Assembly: GCA_016933575.1 (NCBI GenBank)
Contig: JAFGAR010000025.1
Span: 52,888-116,887 of the forward strand
DNA: 64,000 bases
DNA from: Candidatus Thorarchaeota archaeon
GTDB taxonomy: Archaea; Asgardarchaeota; Thorarchaeia; Thorarchaeales; Thorarchaeaceae
Direction of reading: 5' to 3'
Shown here: piece after piece, positions 9,415 to 19,300 of the stretch
Layout of the letters: each line of letters begins with the position of its first letter
Position numbering within the stretch: the stretch's first letter is position 1
Translations under genes and position numbers: made by a program
The notes under the pieces: model-generated
The model's database searches: none
The model's input: the letters and a program-made list of their open reading frames with translations, nothing else
Told to the model about the DNA's origin: nothing

Positions 9415-9837
9415 CTACAGTATCATATTGTCTAAGCCCATCTCTCGTAGGACTTCAGGATAGATTTTATAGAGTGGCTTGATTTTCGAAAGTAGTCCAA
9501 GTGCCTTGGAAACAGATCCCTCAAGCTTGACCTGTCCCCTAGCCATTGCCACCGTTGTGGAAAGTTTATCCTGCCAGAATTTGTTTGTTGTTTCTGATTT
9601 TGACCAGACCTTAATCTCTGGTTCTACTGTACTATCAAATGTTAGAGTACCAATCTCGCCATCTGGTCCCGGGTCTCTAAAATTAATGGTCAGGTGTGCT
9701 TCAGGGTCTTCAATATCAAAGCGTACTACAACTTGTGATGTAGCAAGTTTCTGCATTACTTCAGACTCTTTCTTTGCTTCTATCCAGAACTTGTTAAAAA
9801 CTTCCATTAATTGATCTTTACTCTCAAAGGCTACCAA
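9415..9837 (-). CDS. SCP2 sterol/lipid-binding domain protein
   Basis: C-terminal AMARGQVKLEGSVSKALGL SCP2 signature; TTG start after GGAGGT. Confidence 0.82.
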   Translation of the reverse strand: MVAFESKDQLMEVFNKFWIEAKKESEVMQKLATSQVVVRFDIEDPEAHLTINFRDPGPDGEIGTLTFDSTVEPEIKVWSKSETTNKFWQDKLSTTVAMARGQVKLEGSVSKALGLLSKIKPLYKIYPEVLREMGLDNMIL

Positions 9838-9912
9838 AATAATGACCTCCGATAGCACTTCCTATGTAAATTGTAGGATAGAAGTCTTTTGGGTGATACT
9901 AAAGATTGCCCG

Positions 9913-11214
9913 TTAGTTAGTAAGAAGGTATCTCTCAATCTCCCAAGGAGTAATCTCTGAACTTGGTAGGTCTCCAGTAGCTTCAATGAATTCAGACCAT
10001 TCCTGACCTCTGATTCTCACCAAAGTATCCACAACGTTCTCTCCCAAGGCACTCCTTACGATTGTACTCCTTTCTAATCTCAATAGTGCATGAACTAAAG
10101 ATTGTGGGAGTGATTCAAGAGAACCAAGTGACTTGTACACATCTCGATCTGTAGGCACCGGTGCATCAAGTTTCCGTTCTATTCCAGCCAATCCACTAGC
10201 AAGAAGCACTGCTATAGCCAAGTGTGGTGAAGATGAAGGATCGGGACATCTTATTTCTATTCTTGCTGACTTCTTTGAACCATTGAAATGAGGTATCCGT
10301 ATCATAGTACTGCGATTTCGGTAGCCCCACGCTATGCTTGTAGGAGCTTCAAAACCGGGTACCAACCTCTTGTAGGAGTTTACAGTAGGTGCAAGAATTG
10401 CTGCTAGTTCGTGTGCATCCTCTAAGAGACCTCCAATAAAGTGCATTGCAAGCGGAGAGATTCCACTAGGTCTTTCTGTTGCAAATAGATTGTTTTCTCC
10501 TTGAAGATCCCAGACACTCTGGTGTAGGTGCATCCCTGATCCGTTCTGATTAGAGAAGGGTTTTGGCATAAATGTGGCAATCAATCCTCGTCTGTAAGCA
10601 ATCTCTGAGATTATGAGCCTAGCAAGAAGTATGTTGTCTGCTGCCACTTCTGCTGAACAGTATTGAAGGCCAATCTCTTCTTGCCCCTGTGCGACCTCAT
10701 GATGATGAGACGTAGTTGGAATGCCAACTGCCTGCAGAGTCCTGATAATATCGCGTCTAAAATCCAGACCACAGTCACTGGGCTGCGAGGAGAAATACCC
10801 TCCACGATCAAGAGGAACAAGAGTATCATCATGCAGTCGCCTGACAGTGAAGAACTCGAGTTCACTTCCAACCATTAACTGATATCCCATTTTGTGAGCT
10901 TTATCTACAATCCTTCTAAGGATATATCTTGGATCACTCAGATGAGGTTGTCCTGATATTTCGTGGACCGTGCATATGATATAGGCAGCGGCAGGATCCC
11001 ACGGTTGGAGAGTTGGGGTGGCGCTAGAAGGGAGAAGGAGAAGATCGCTCTCGTTAACCGACGCATATCCAGGGACTGATGAACCATCGATAACAATGCC
11101 ATTCTCAAGGACCTCATCCAATCGATCATATCCAAGTTCTATGCTTCGAGTATGACCTAAAATATCTGTAAATAATAATCGTAGGAATTCCGGATGTGTT
11201 ACTTTACTGTCCAT
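9913..11214 (-). CDS. glnA: Glutamine synthetase type I
   Basis: DGSS, NESD, ELEFF, HHEVA, TFMPKP, NGSGMHLH, NSYKRLVPGFEAP, NRSTMIRIP and RIEIRCPD motifs; start at ATG 11214 after GGTGA. Confidence 0.9.
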   Translation of the reverse strand: MDSKVTHPEFLRLLFTDILGHTRSIELGYDRLDEVLENGIVIDGSSVPGYASVNESDLLLLPSSATPTLQPWDPAAAYIICTVHEISGQPHLSDPRYILRRIVDKAHKMGYQLMVGSELEFFTVRRLHDDTLVPLDRGGYFSSQPSDCGLDFRRDIIRTLQAVGIPTTSHHHEVAQGQEEIGLQYCSAEVAADNILLARLIISEIAYRRGLIATFMPKPFSNQNGSGMHLHQSVWDLQGENNLFATERPSGISPLAMHFIGGLLEDAHELAAILAPTVNSYKRLVPGFEAPTSIAWGYRNRSTMIRIPHFNGSKKSARIEIRCPDPSSSPHLAIAVLLASGLAGIERKLDAPVPTDRDVYKSLGSLESLPQSLVHALLRLERSTIVRSALGENVVDTLVRIRGQEWSEFIEATGDLPSSEITPWEIERYLLTN

Positions 11215-11424
11215 CAATAGTTCACCGTATGATATAGATAATTCAATTTTGAGAGAATTCATTGCACTTTATTTGAACCCTAAGGGCGCCGAAACTCGTT
11301 AGGTTTCCAGATGTCTGATACTGGGCAACGTAATTCTCTCTTGGTGTTACGTACAAGATTAGGCTATATTCATTTCCCGTAAAAATGAGAAAGTATTTCA
11401 GTATTTTCGGTGAAATATGCATTT

Positions 11425-11445
11425 AATCCGTAAAAATTTCGGATT
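11425..11445. promoter_or_regulatory. Putative Lrp operator AATCCG-N9-CGGATT
   Basis: Inverted repeat with an AT-rich core just upstream of the Lrp gene; CCGTAAAAAT recurs at ~11377-11386. Confidence 0.5.
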
Positions 11446-11458
11446 TATGGTGGTTTAG

Positions 11459-11950
11459 ATGCTGCAAATTAAACTTGATGATACCGACCTGAAAATTCTA
11501 GAAATCCTTCAGAAGGATAGTAAGAGAAGCATCGCTAGTATTGCCAAGGAAGTGGGCAAAGGTATTTCCACCGTTCACGATCGAATCAAGACGCTTCAGA
11601 ATGATGGCATCATCAAGGGATTCACTGCAATTGTATCACCTCAGACAGTGGGGCGCGAGACCCTTGCATTCATCCTTGTGACAATCAGGTATCGCGTACC
11701 GGGACAAAAGACAGTCCTTTCCCAGAGAGAGTTTTGCCAAGAAATTGCAGTTCACCCATTCGTACAGAGTGTTCATGTATTGAGTGGTGAATATGATGTA
11801 CTATTGAAGGTACGCACAAAGAACATCGAGGAGATGAACCACTTCATTGTGGATTTTCTACGTGAGCTTCCTGCAGTTGATAAGACACTGACAATGTTTG
11901 CTATGGATTCCTATCTCGATTCACTCGTACTTAGAGACCTATCTCTATAA
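11459..11950 (+). CDS. Lrp/AsnC family transcriptional regulator, divergent from glnA
   Basis: LDDTDLKILEILQKD..IAKEVG..STVHDRIKTLQNDGII HTH; SGEYDVLLKV RAM domain. Confidence 0.93.
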   Translation: MLQIKLDDTDLKILEILQKDSKRSIASIAKEVGKGISTVHDRIKTLQNDGIIKGFTAIVSPQTVGRETLAFILVTIRYRVPGQKTVLSQREFCQEIAVHPFVQSVHVLSGEYDVLLKVRTKNIEEMNHFIVDFLRELPAVDKTLTMFAMDSYLDSLVLRDLSL

Positions 11951-12192
11951 TTTTCTCTCTACATAGCCTACTGGGTTTTCAATCATTTTGGTACTTGCGT
12001 GATTTACTAATGCTCTATATTCATTATACTAAGATCTTTGGGTTGGAATTATTGGGGCAGATTTAGAATCGGAAATTGCCTCTATTTGCCTCTCAGCTCC
12101 GTAATTCTTGCCCAATTCACACCTTTAACTACCATCAGGAATTTCAAGGATAAAATTACGAGTTATATCAAAGATACTTATTATGAGTAAGT

Positions 12193-12864
12193 TCAATTGA
12201 TTTTATCATTAGGGTTTTTTTGTGCTTTTTTCTGTAATGCTTGGACATATGCCTGAATAAAATCGCTATCGGTCCTCAAACGATACAGGTATTTCATTCC
12301 GCCCCAAGACGAATCGGAAGCTTTTTTCTCTACTATTTCAAGAGATTCCATTCTATCAATTATTCCATTTTTAGAATATACACGTTTTTGTGAGACGTTA
12401 GATTCTTGAATGATACTATGTTTGTTCATCCAACCTATCTTCTCTTGTGTAGAATATTCATTTGAAAAGTCTATACCCTTATCGAGAAGGAAATCTGCCA
12501 TGGCCCTCAATACAGCTATCTCATCCGCAAGAAGGAATTTTTTCAGAAATACATCAAAATCTTGGGAAGAAAATGATAACCACTGTTCTATTGGTGTATT
12601 TGCAAGTTCGACATTCATTTTACTCGTACGATTAGCTAGAGCTTCTGTTCTTGTTGAAACAAGATAAAATGCAATTATGACAATAATGACTGCAAGTATT
12701 GAAGTAGTGATTGCAATCAGAGGCAGTAATGATAGAAACGAGATTTGATTCAGAATAAATACAGAATGAGTTTCAAATTGTGTCATTTGCTTAATCATTA
12801 CTATTCTCTGCAACTCGTTAGACACATTGAATCCCTTCACAATTACTAATCGGATTTTGAGCAA
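12193..12864 (-). CDS. Single-TM protein with C-terminal winged-helix-like domain
   Basis: TM segment LLPLIAITTSILAVIIVIIAFYLV; C-terminal IIDRMESLEIVEK..GGMKYLYRL wing. The true start is probably downstream of the ORF start. Confidence 0.6.
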   Translation of the reverse strand: MLKIRLVIVKGFNVSNELQRIVMIKQMTQFETHSVFILNQISFLSLLPLIAITTSILAVIIVIIAFYLVSTRTEALANRTSKMNVELANTPIEQWLSFSSQDFDVFLKKFLLADEIAVLRAMADFLLDKGIDFSNEYSTQEKIGWMNKHSIIQESNVSQKRVYSKNGIIDRMESLEIVEKKASDSSWGGMKYLYRLRTDSDFIQAYVQALQKKAQKNPNDKIN

Positions 12865-12948
12865 GTTTTCTGTTCAAAGGATACTTGAGAACCTTCATAG
12901 TCGCTATTCAAACTGTCTTATCAATTATCTGTATTTTTTCCGTGAATG

Positions 12949-15294
12949 TTAGTACATCTGTTTCCGTAACCGTGTTTCTTTACCAATAACTACCAAACCA
13001 ATGACAATGATTATAGATGCGGTCACCGTAGCAATAGCAGAAATGAGAATCTCAATAGTATTCTCTGTTGAATGAAGTTCAACAATAAAAGTCTGAATAC
13101 TGGATGCAACATAATTACCTGCGCGATCATAAGCAATAATCCGATAATCAACAATTGAAGAATTCGTAATTGGAGGAATTATTGCCACCCATACTCCTTG
13201 CGCTTTAGTCATTGTGATATTTACCCAGTCTGAATTGCTATGCACCATATATGAAAGAATTACAATAGTTACTTCAATATCATCAGTGACGTTTGCTCTA
13301 ATGATGATCGAATCGGTTATTGTCGGATTTTCAGGAACTTGGGTAATTGATTGAATGGTTGGAGGCGTTGTATCTTCTGGATATATCGAGAAGGTGTAAT
13401 AACTTCCTAAATTGTCATTGATTGCTGTATTGTGATTAAGAGAATCATCCTGAGCTGAAATATAGTACCGAATTGAGTCATGAACTTCAAAATCGCACAA
13501 CTCAATGTGAAAAATATCATCAAACAAATATTGCATAGAAAAACCATGCCAACCATCATTATTCACTTGGTAATAAAGAGATGCGGAACTAACTCCTGAA
13601 TTATCTCTGATTGTTGCATTGATATTCACAACATCATCAACAGTAGGCAATGATGGGTAATGAATAACATTAGTTATTCCAGGTCCAGTCCAATCGTTGC
13701 TTCTTATATAGAAGGAGTAATTGGCTCCTTTATTATCATCAATGGCTGTATTATGATTTTCAGAGTTATCAATAGCAAACACCTGATATTCTACGTTGCT
13801 TCCTGCTACAAGTGGATTGAAGGTATATTCGTAAAGATCATCCTGCACCTCTTTAAAAGTTGACGAAATCCAAAATTCGTCATTTATTTTGTAAGTAATA
13901 TTGACTGATAATAATCCCGACAAATCTCTCACATTTGTTCTCACGGTCACTATGTCTGTGTCGAAAGGAAGTGTGGGTTCATGGAAGGTATTTTCTATTC
14001 GTGGAGTTATGTTGTCAGGATTTGTGAGAAAACTAGCAAATACTGCTAGCATCTCTAAAACAAGCCCTTGTGACAACCACTGCTTCCATGTATGGATCGT
14101 CCCATCTGCCTTTTTACGCATGTATATTCCACCATATACACTATCTAATAGGTCATTATAGATAACCGATTTGAATCGATACGCTTCTTCAAGAATGGTA
14201 TCATTTGCCAGAAGGATTCCAGTCCAAAGATATCCTATAGCGGTATTGGGATCTTTTTCTCCGCTCACCTCATTATTCACATAACTTGTCCATTCCCGGT
14301 TCATCTCCATCAGATATCCTGCAGACGAGTTTGCCTTGAGTATATCATCAAATGTTTTTTGAGCATAAACAAGATACGTATCATTTCCCAATATTCGGTA
14401 TGCATCAACAAGCATTCTATAATTATCAAACCATCCCTTTGAATCCTTAATTATTGTTGTCCAGTTCGCGGCAACTCGGTTATAGAACCAACCATAGTTT
14501 TCGTCATACATGTAATTGATGTAATTATTAATTAATTCAATAGCTCTTTCCTTATAGGTGGCATTTTGAGATATTTCGAAGGTTTCCAATAGAAATCTGA
14601 TACACCATGAAATATCGTTGATGTCATTCATATCCTCAATAACAGTGAGTGTGGATGATAGAGTTGTATAATAACTTCCATCTGAAGGATCATAGTAATT
14701 TTCGACTATGAAAGCATATAACTCCTCTATATAATCCAAATAGATATTATTTCCAGTTACTGAATAGAGCTTCGCTAAAGCAGTACCAGTAAGGCATTGA
14801 AACCATAGTCGTTTGTTGCCAACCTCGATGCTATTATCCTGGGCAAGTCTTTCATAGTATCCACCATGTACAGCGTCCCAGAAGTGAGATCGATCCCAAT
14901 TCCATATGTCCTCAGCATACTCAAGATACGATTCATTCTCTGTAAATGAATAGGCTTCAGTAAGACCTAAGATGCACTGAGCATCGAAGTACGCTTTCTT
15001 GCCTACTGACCATGCATAGTCTGTGAAATTATCCCAGACTTCCACTTGCCAGCCTCCACCAAAGGAAGATAAATTGAAGTAATTAAAAACAAAGAAGAGA
15101 TTTTGAATTGCATCCTCATAGTCCTGAATGGACCATGTATCAGCAGATGCTATAGAATGCTTTACAATTGTGGATTCTTTCTGTTTAGGTGGAGTATCGA
15201 CTCCTCTCAAATACAAAATTGGGGAAAGAACTAATACTATCACAATTAACGAGATAATCCATCTTTGGCAAAACTCTCCCATCTTACTTTCCAA
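12949..15294 (-). CDS. Surface protein: AGE/(alpha/alpha)6 domain, three Ig-like repeats and C-terminal TM
   Basis: N-terminal signal/TM; repeated WDAVHGGYY, YDPSDGSYY, YDENYGWFY and DSVYGGIY; three ~105-aa repeats (P..P...D.V.I.A.V.D...Y.I.A.D). Confidence 0.78.
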   Translation of the reverse strand: MESKMGEFCQRWIISLIVIVLVLSPILYLRGVDTPPKQKESTIVKHSIASADTWSIQDYEDAIQNLFFVFNYFNLSSFGGGWQVEVWDNFTDYAWSVGKKAYFDAQCILGLTEAYSFTENESYLEYAEDIWNWDRSHFWDAVHGGYYERLAQDNSIEVGNKRLWFQCLTGTALAKLYSVTGNNIYLDYIEELYAFIVENYYDPSDGSYYTTLSSTLTVIEDMNDINDISWCIRFLLETFEISQNATYKERAIELINNYINYMYDENYGWFYNRVAANWTTIIKDSKGWFDNYRMLVDAYRILGNDTYLVYAQKTFDDILKANSSAGYLMEMNREWTSYVNNEVSGEKDPNTAIGYLWTGILLANDTILEEAYRFKSVIYNDLLDSVYGGIYMRKKADGTIHTWKQWLSQGLVLEMLAVFASFLTNPDNITPRIENTFHEPTLPFDTDIVTVRTNVRDLSGLLSVNITYKINDEFWISSTFKEVQDDLYEYTFNPLVAGSNVEYQVFAIDNSENHNTAIDDNKGANYSFYIRSNDWTGPGITNVIHYPSLPTVDDVVNINATIRDNSGVSSASLYYQVNNDGWHGFSMQYLFDDIFHIELCDFEVHDSIRYYISAQDDSLNHNTAINDNLGSYYTFSIYPEDTTPPTIQSITQVPENPTITDSIIIRANVTDDIEVTIVILSYMVHSNSDWVNITMTKAQGVWVAIIPPITNSSIVDYRIIAYDRAGNYVASSIQTFIVELHSTENTIEILISAIATVTASIIIVIGLVVIGKETRLRKQMY

Positions 15295-15640
15295 CCTATT
15301 ATATTCCTAGAATCCTGTTTTTCTATGTACAGAACAAAAAGAAAAGTGTGTCTCTTTTTTACAAGCAAGATTTGTATCTAAAGTCGGCATTTTACAAAAT
15401 AGAGTTTTTTCCAACGATTTAAATTGATTTAAAATCTTATGAAAAGAGATTTTGCAATATTATGGCTATTGAATGCTCTATTTTAGAGTAGAAAAGATTG
15501 AATCCAAAAACTTACACTTTTCTTCCGATTCTTTTTCTTTTCATGTATTCACAACAGCACGAATACAGGAGTGTATGTTATGGTGTTAGGTGGGGGGTCC
15601 TTAGAATTGCTATCAAGAATACGAGGGAGAGTCTTGAAGA

Positions 15641-16321
15641 ATGAACATTGAATCAAAAACTGAATCGAATCGATCCAATCTTACTACTGGAAAAATAGTA
15701 ACTATTGTTGGAGTGTTGATTTTCCTCTTCATTCACTTTTTATTCGGGTTAATCATTACTTTTATTGGAGGGCTTATTCAACTATGTGAAAACCAATCTT
15801 CAAGAGCAATCGTTTCTTCTTCGCGCGAAGAAGAAACACAGCAATCCTGTCCAAAATGTGCAAGCCTTCATTTCTATCACTATTCAGAAAAAGATGTATT
15901 TGGAAGAATTATTTGTAAATCTTGTGGACATCTCTTCCATTCCAGTAAAGATGTTAGAACTCCTGATGGTTCAACTTATTCAGAGGAAACAAGATATCCA
16001 CCTAAGGGATTTCCTCGTTCAATTGGACCAGATGATTGCGAGACTTCTCAGGCGGCAGTGGGTCTTGCAAATACACAGTTTGAGTTTGAAGCAGTAAGAC
16101 GTGTGATTAGAGATATGGCAGGAGTACTTGGTCAAGACAGACTTACTGACATGATTCGAACTGGTTTTACGTACATGAGTGCAAACCGGGTTGGTGCAGC
16201 TTTAGCTTGCTTTTACGAAGCCGAACTTCTTGAATTCAATGATCCCCGTTTAGAGAAGATCCGACTTGAGTTTGGGCAACCACATATGAGTTTCAAAAAA
16301 ATTGCAGAGAAGGTGCTTTAA
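15641..16321 (+). CDS. Membrane protein with TM hairpin and Zn ribbon
   Basis: Two TMs followed by CPKC-x18-CKSC. Confidence 0.7.
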   Translation: MNIESKTESNRSNLTTGKIVTIVGVLIFLFIHFLFGLIITFIGGLIQLCENQSSRAIVSSSREEETQQSCPKCASLHFYHYSEKDVFGRIICKSCGHLFHSSKDVRTPDGSTYSEETRYPPKGFPRSIGPDDCETSQAAVGLANTQFEFEAVRRVIRDMAGVLGQDRLTDMIRTGFTYMSANRVGAALACFYEAELLEFNDPRLEKIRLEFGQPHMSFKKIAEKVL

Positions 16322-19300
16322 GTTGATATTCAGAGGGGTTAAATCGCGGAATACTCAAATTGCCAGTCTAATTGTGTTACTGCTAATCAGTGTATGCATA
16401 TTTTCAATTAATCCACCAAATCTTACACTATCGACAAGCAAGACCAAATTGATCAACAGCGAAATGCTCAGTCCTCATGGTCAATCAAGCCCTTCGATAA
16501 GTGATTCATGGTCCTATAATGATTACTTAACCGGTATAGAGGAAATCTTTGACACTTTCAATAAATTCAATCTCTCAAAATACGGAGGTGGGTGGCAATA
16601 TGAAGTGACACGCGATTGGACTGATGCCGCATTTACAAATGGCAAATATATAGCACATGATTCAGAGTGTATTATGGGTCTACTGAGCGCGTATGTTTTG
16701 ATTGGAGATACGAAATATCTTGAGTATGCTGAGGATATATGGAACTGGGATCTGACATACTTCCTTGATAATACGTATGGCGGGTATTATGTAAGATTGA
16801 ACCAAGACAACTCTGTTGCAATTGATGATAAGGGTATGTTTGAGCACGGTTGGTTTGGACTGGCAACAGCTCAATTGTATAATGTAACAGGAAATTCGAC
16901 CTACCTAAATCAAATGAACTACATCTATTCTTTCGTTACAAGCAATTTCTATGATTTTGGAGATGGCAGTTATTATGGGGCATTGAGTAGAAACTTAGGG
17001 GTACTTGTATCAGATGTTGATACAAATTGGTGCGCGCCATATGCCAGATTCTTACTGAGTGCATATCTCTTCACGGGGAATTCTACATTTGGCGATAAGG
17101 CAATCGAATTGGTTGATAACCTAATGAATTACGCCTATGATTCACAGTACGGATGGATTGTGAACCGCGTATCTTCGGATTGGGCTTCATTCGTGAACAC
17201 AGCGAAAGGGTGGTATGATGTTCTCCAGACATTCATTGATGCTTATCGCGTATTTAGTAGTCCATCATATTTGATATTCGCACAAACCTGTTTTTATGAC
17301 ATCCAACAGGCAAAATCAACTGCTGGATACCTAAGGGAGATGAACCGCGATTGGACAACAACTGTGAATAATGAGCTCTTAGGTGAAGAGGATCCCGGTG
17401 TTGCTATTGCATATCTTAGAATTGCATGTGAATTGGAAAATTCAACAATTCTTCAAGAATCCTATAGATACAAAGATGCAATCTATGCAGGTCTCCATGA
17501 CCCTGTATATGGTGGAATTTACAGACGAATTTACTCAAGTGGCAGTCAGAGTACTTGGAAACAATGGTGTGGAGCTGGACGTGTCATGGAAATGCTTGCT
17601 GAATTCGCTACGCCAAGTAAAAACCAAACAATCTCAGTTTTGGTGTGGGGCGATGCAGATCCGAATGGTCAAGAAAAAGCTGGACGCACAATCGCTGAAA
17701 ATCTCGAAGAAATTGGATTGAATGTAACTTTTGTTTCAGATTTCAGTGATTTAGAAAATGAGCTCGTAGATTACAATTACCAGTCATTGATACTTGTAGC
17801 AATGCCTTGGAGTGATGTATATTCCAATATTCCCTCTTCAACAGAGAACCTAATTGAATCCCTTGTGAGTACTAGTGAATTAGGGCTTGTGGGATTTCAT
17901 GACATTATTTGGCAAAATGCAAATAATCCTATACTAGAAACTATTTTTGGCGGAACTCTAAGCTCTTTTAGAGATAGGGATTCAATATATTCAATCGTGA
18001 ATATATCGCACCCTATTGTGCAAGAATTGCCATCTAGTTTCCTCCTAGATGATGACCAATTATTGAGGGGATCGTGGGAGAGTGGTGTTGAAATTGTTAT
18101 GGAAGCTGATTACTTGCACACTCCCGTTGTAGTCACAAATGAATACGGTGGTGGGAGATCGGTCTATATAGCAACTGGGGGTGGCTCTGGCTACAGTAGT
18201 GCTATAGTCAATAATGACACAAATTTGGTCCAATTGTATAGAAATGCCGTTTTTTGGTCGTGCAATATCACGGATAATTCCGAAACACCATCATCTAACA
18301 TGGCACTCTATTTCGATGGTTCTGATGAAGTTATCATTCCAAGCGATTCATCACTCAACCCAACCTCTGCTCTCACAGTTATGGCTTGGATTCATGCTGA
18401 TGATTGGGTCGGAAATCAAAGGATTTTACAAAAAGGCGTTGATGATCAATATCGGCTCTTGGATGAAGGCAACTTGGAATTTGGTCTTGCAGGAGTTTCT
18501 GGTGGCGATATTGGAACGCCTCTACCAACAACAGGTGAATGGCATCATGTTGCAGGAACATATGATGGTTCTACTATTTCATTGTATGTCGATGGAGTTG
18601 AGAGAGTATCAAATTCTGCAAGTGGTTCTTTGCAAACTTCCAGTACTTCATTGTATATAGGAAATAAACCCTTGAGTTCGTATCCGGGGGATCGTTTCAA
18701 AGGAATTATTGATGAAGTTAGAATCTATAACAGAGCCCTATCAAATCAAGAAATCAATAACACAATGATCAATACATCACCTGCGACTTCTGGACTTGTT
18801 CTGTATCTATCTTTCGACATACTGGATGGCTTTACTTGTCCAGATTATTCTGGGTATGGGAATAATGGCACCAATTATGGTGCCGAAATTGTAACATCAT
18901 TTGATTGGAATGATATCAATCCTCATCTTGAATATCCGACAACTCCTCAGTTTGAGAACTTGCCTGCATCAATTTCAGTTGACACGTTCACTGCTCAATG
19001 GAATGAATCCACTCTATCTGGTTTTGTAATACTCTACTATGAGCTACAAATTGATACATCGCCTAGTTTTTCGAGCCCTAATGAATACAGTGTCTATGCT
19101 ACTACTTACGAATTGACGGATCTCATAGATGGTATATATTATCTAAGAGTGCGTGCTGTTGATGAGAGATTACTTAGAAGCGAATGGAGTTCTGTCAGTA
19201 CAATATCGGTGGATCTGCCAGAAATTCACTATCCCACAATACCTGAGTTTGCGAATCTGGTGCCATTTGTCAATACAAGTATGTATACCGTTGAATGGAC

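Noticed and set aside
9913-11214. GlnA-like gamma-glutamyl-amine ligase instead of a true GS
   Set aside because: Ammonium-site features (NESD, GGYF, GFEAP flap Glu) are retained, favouring a bona fide GS.
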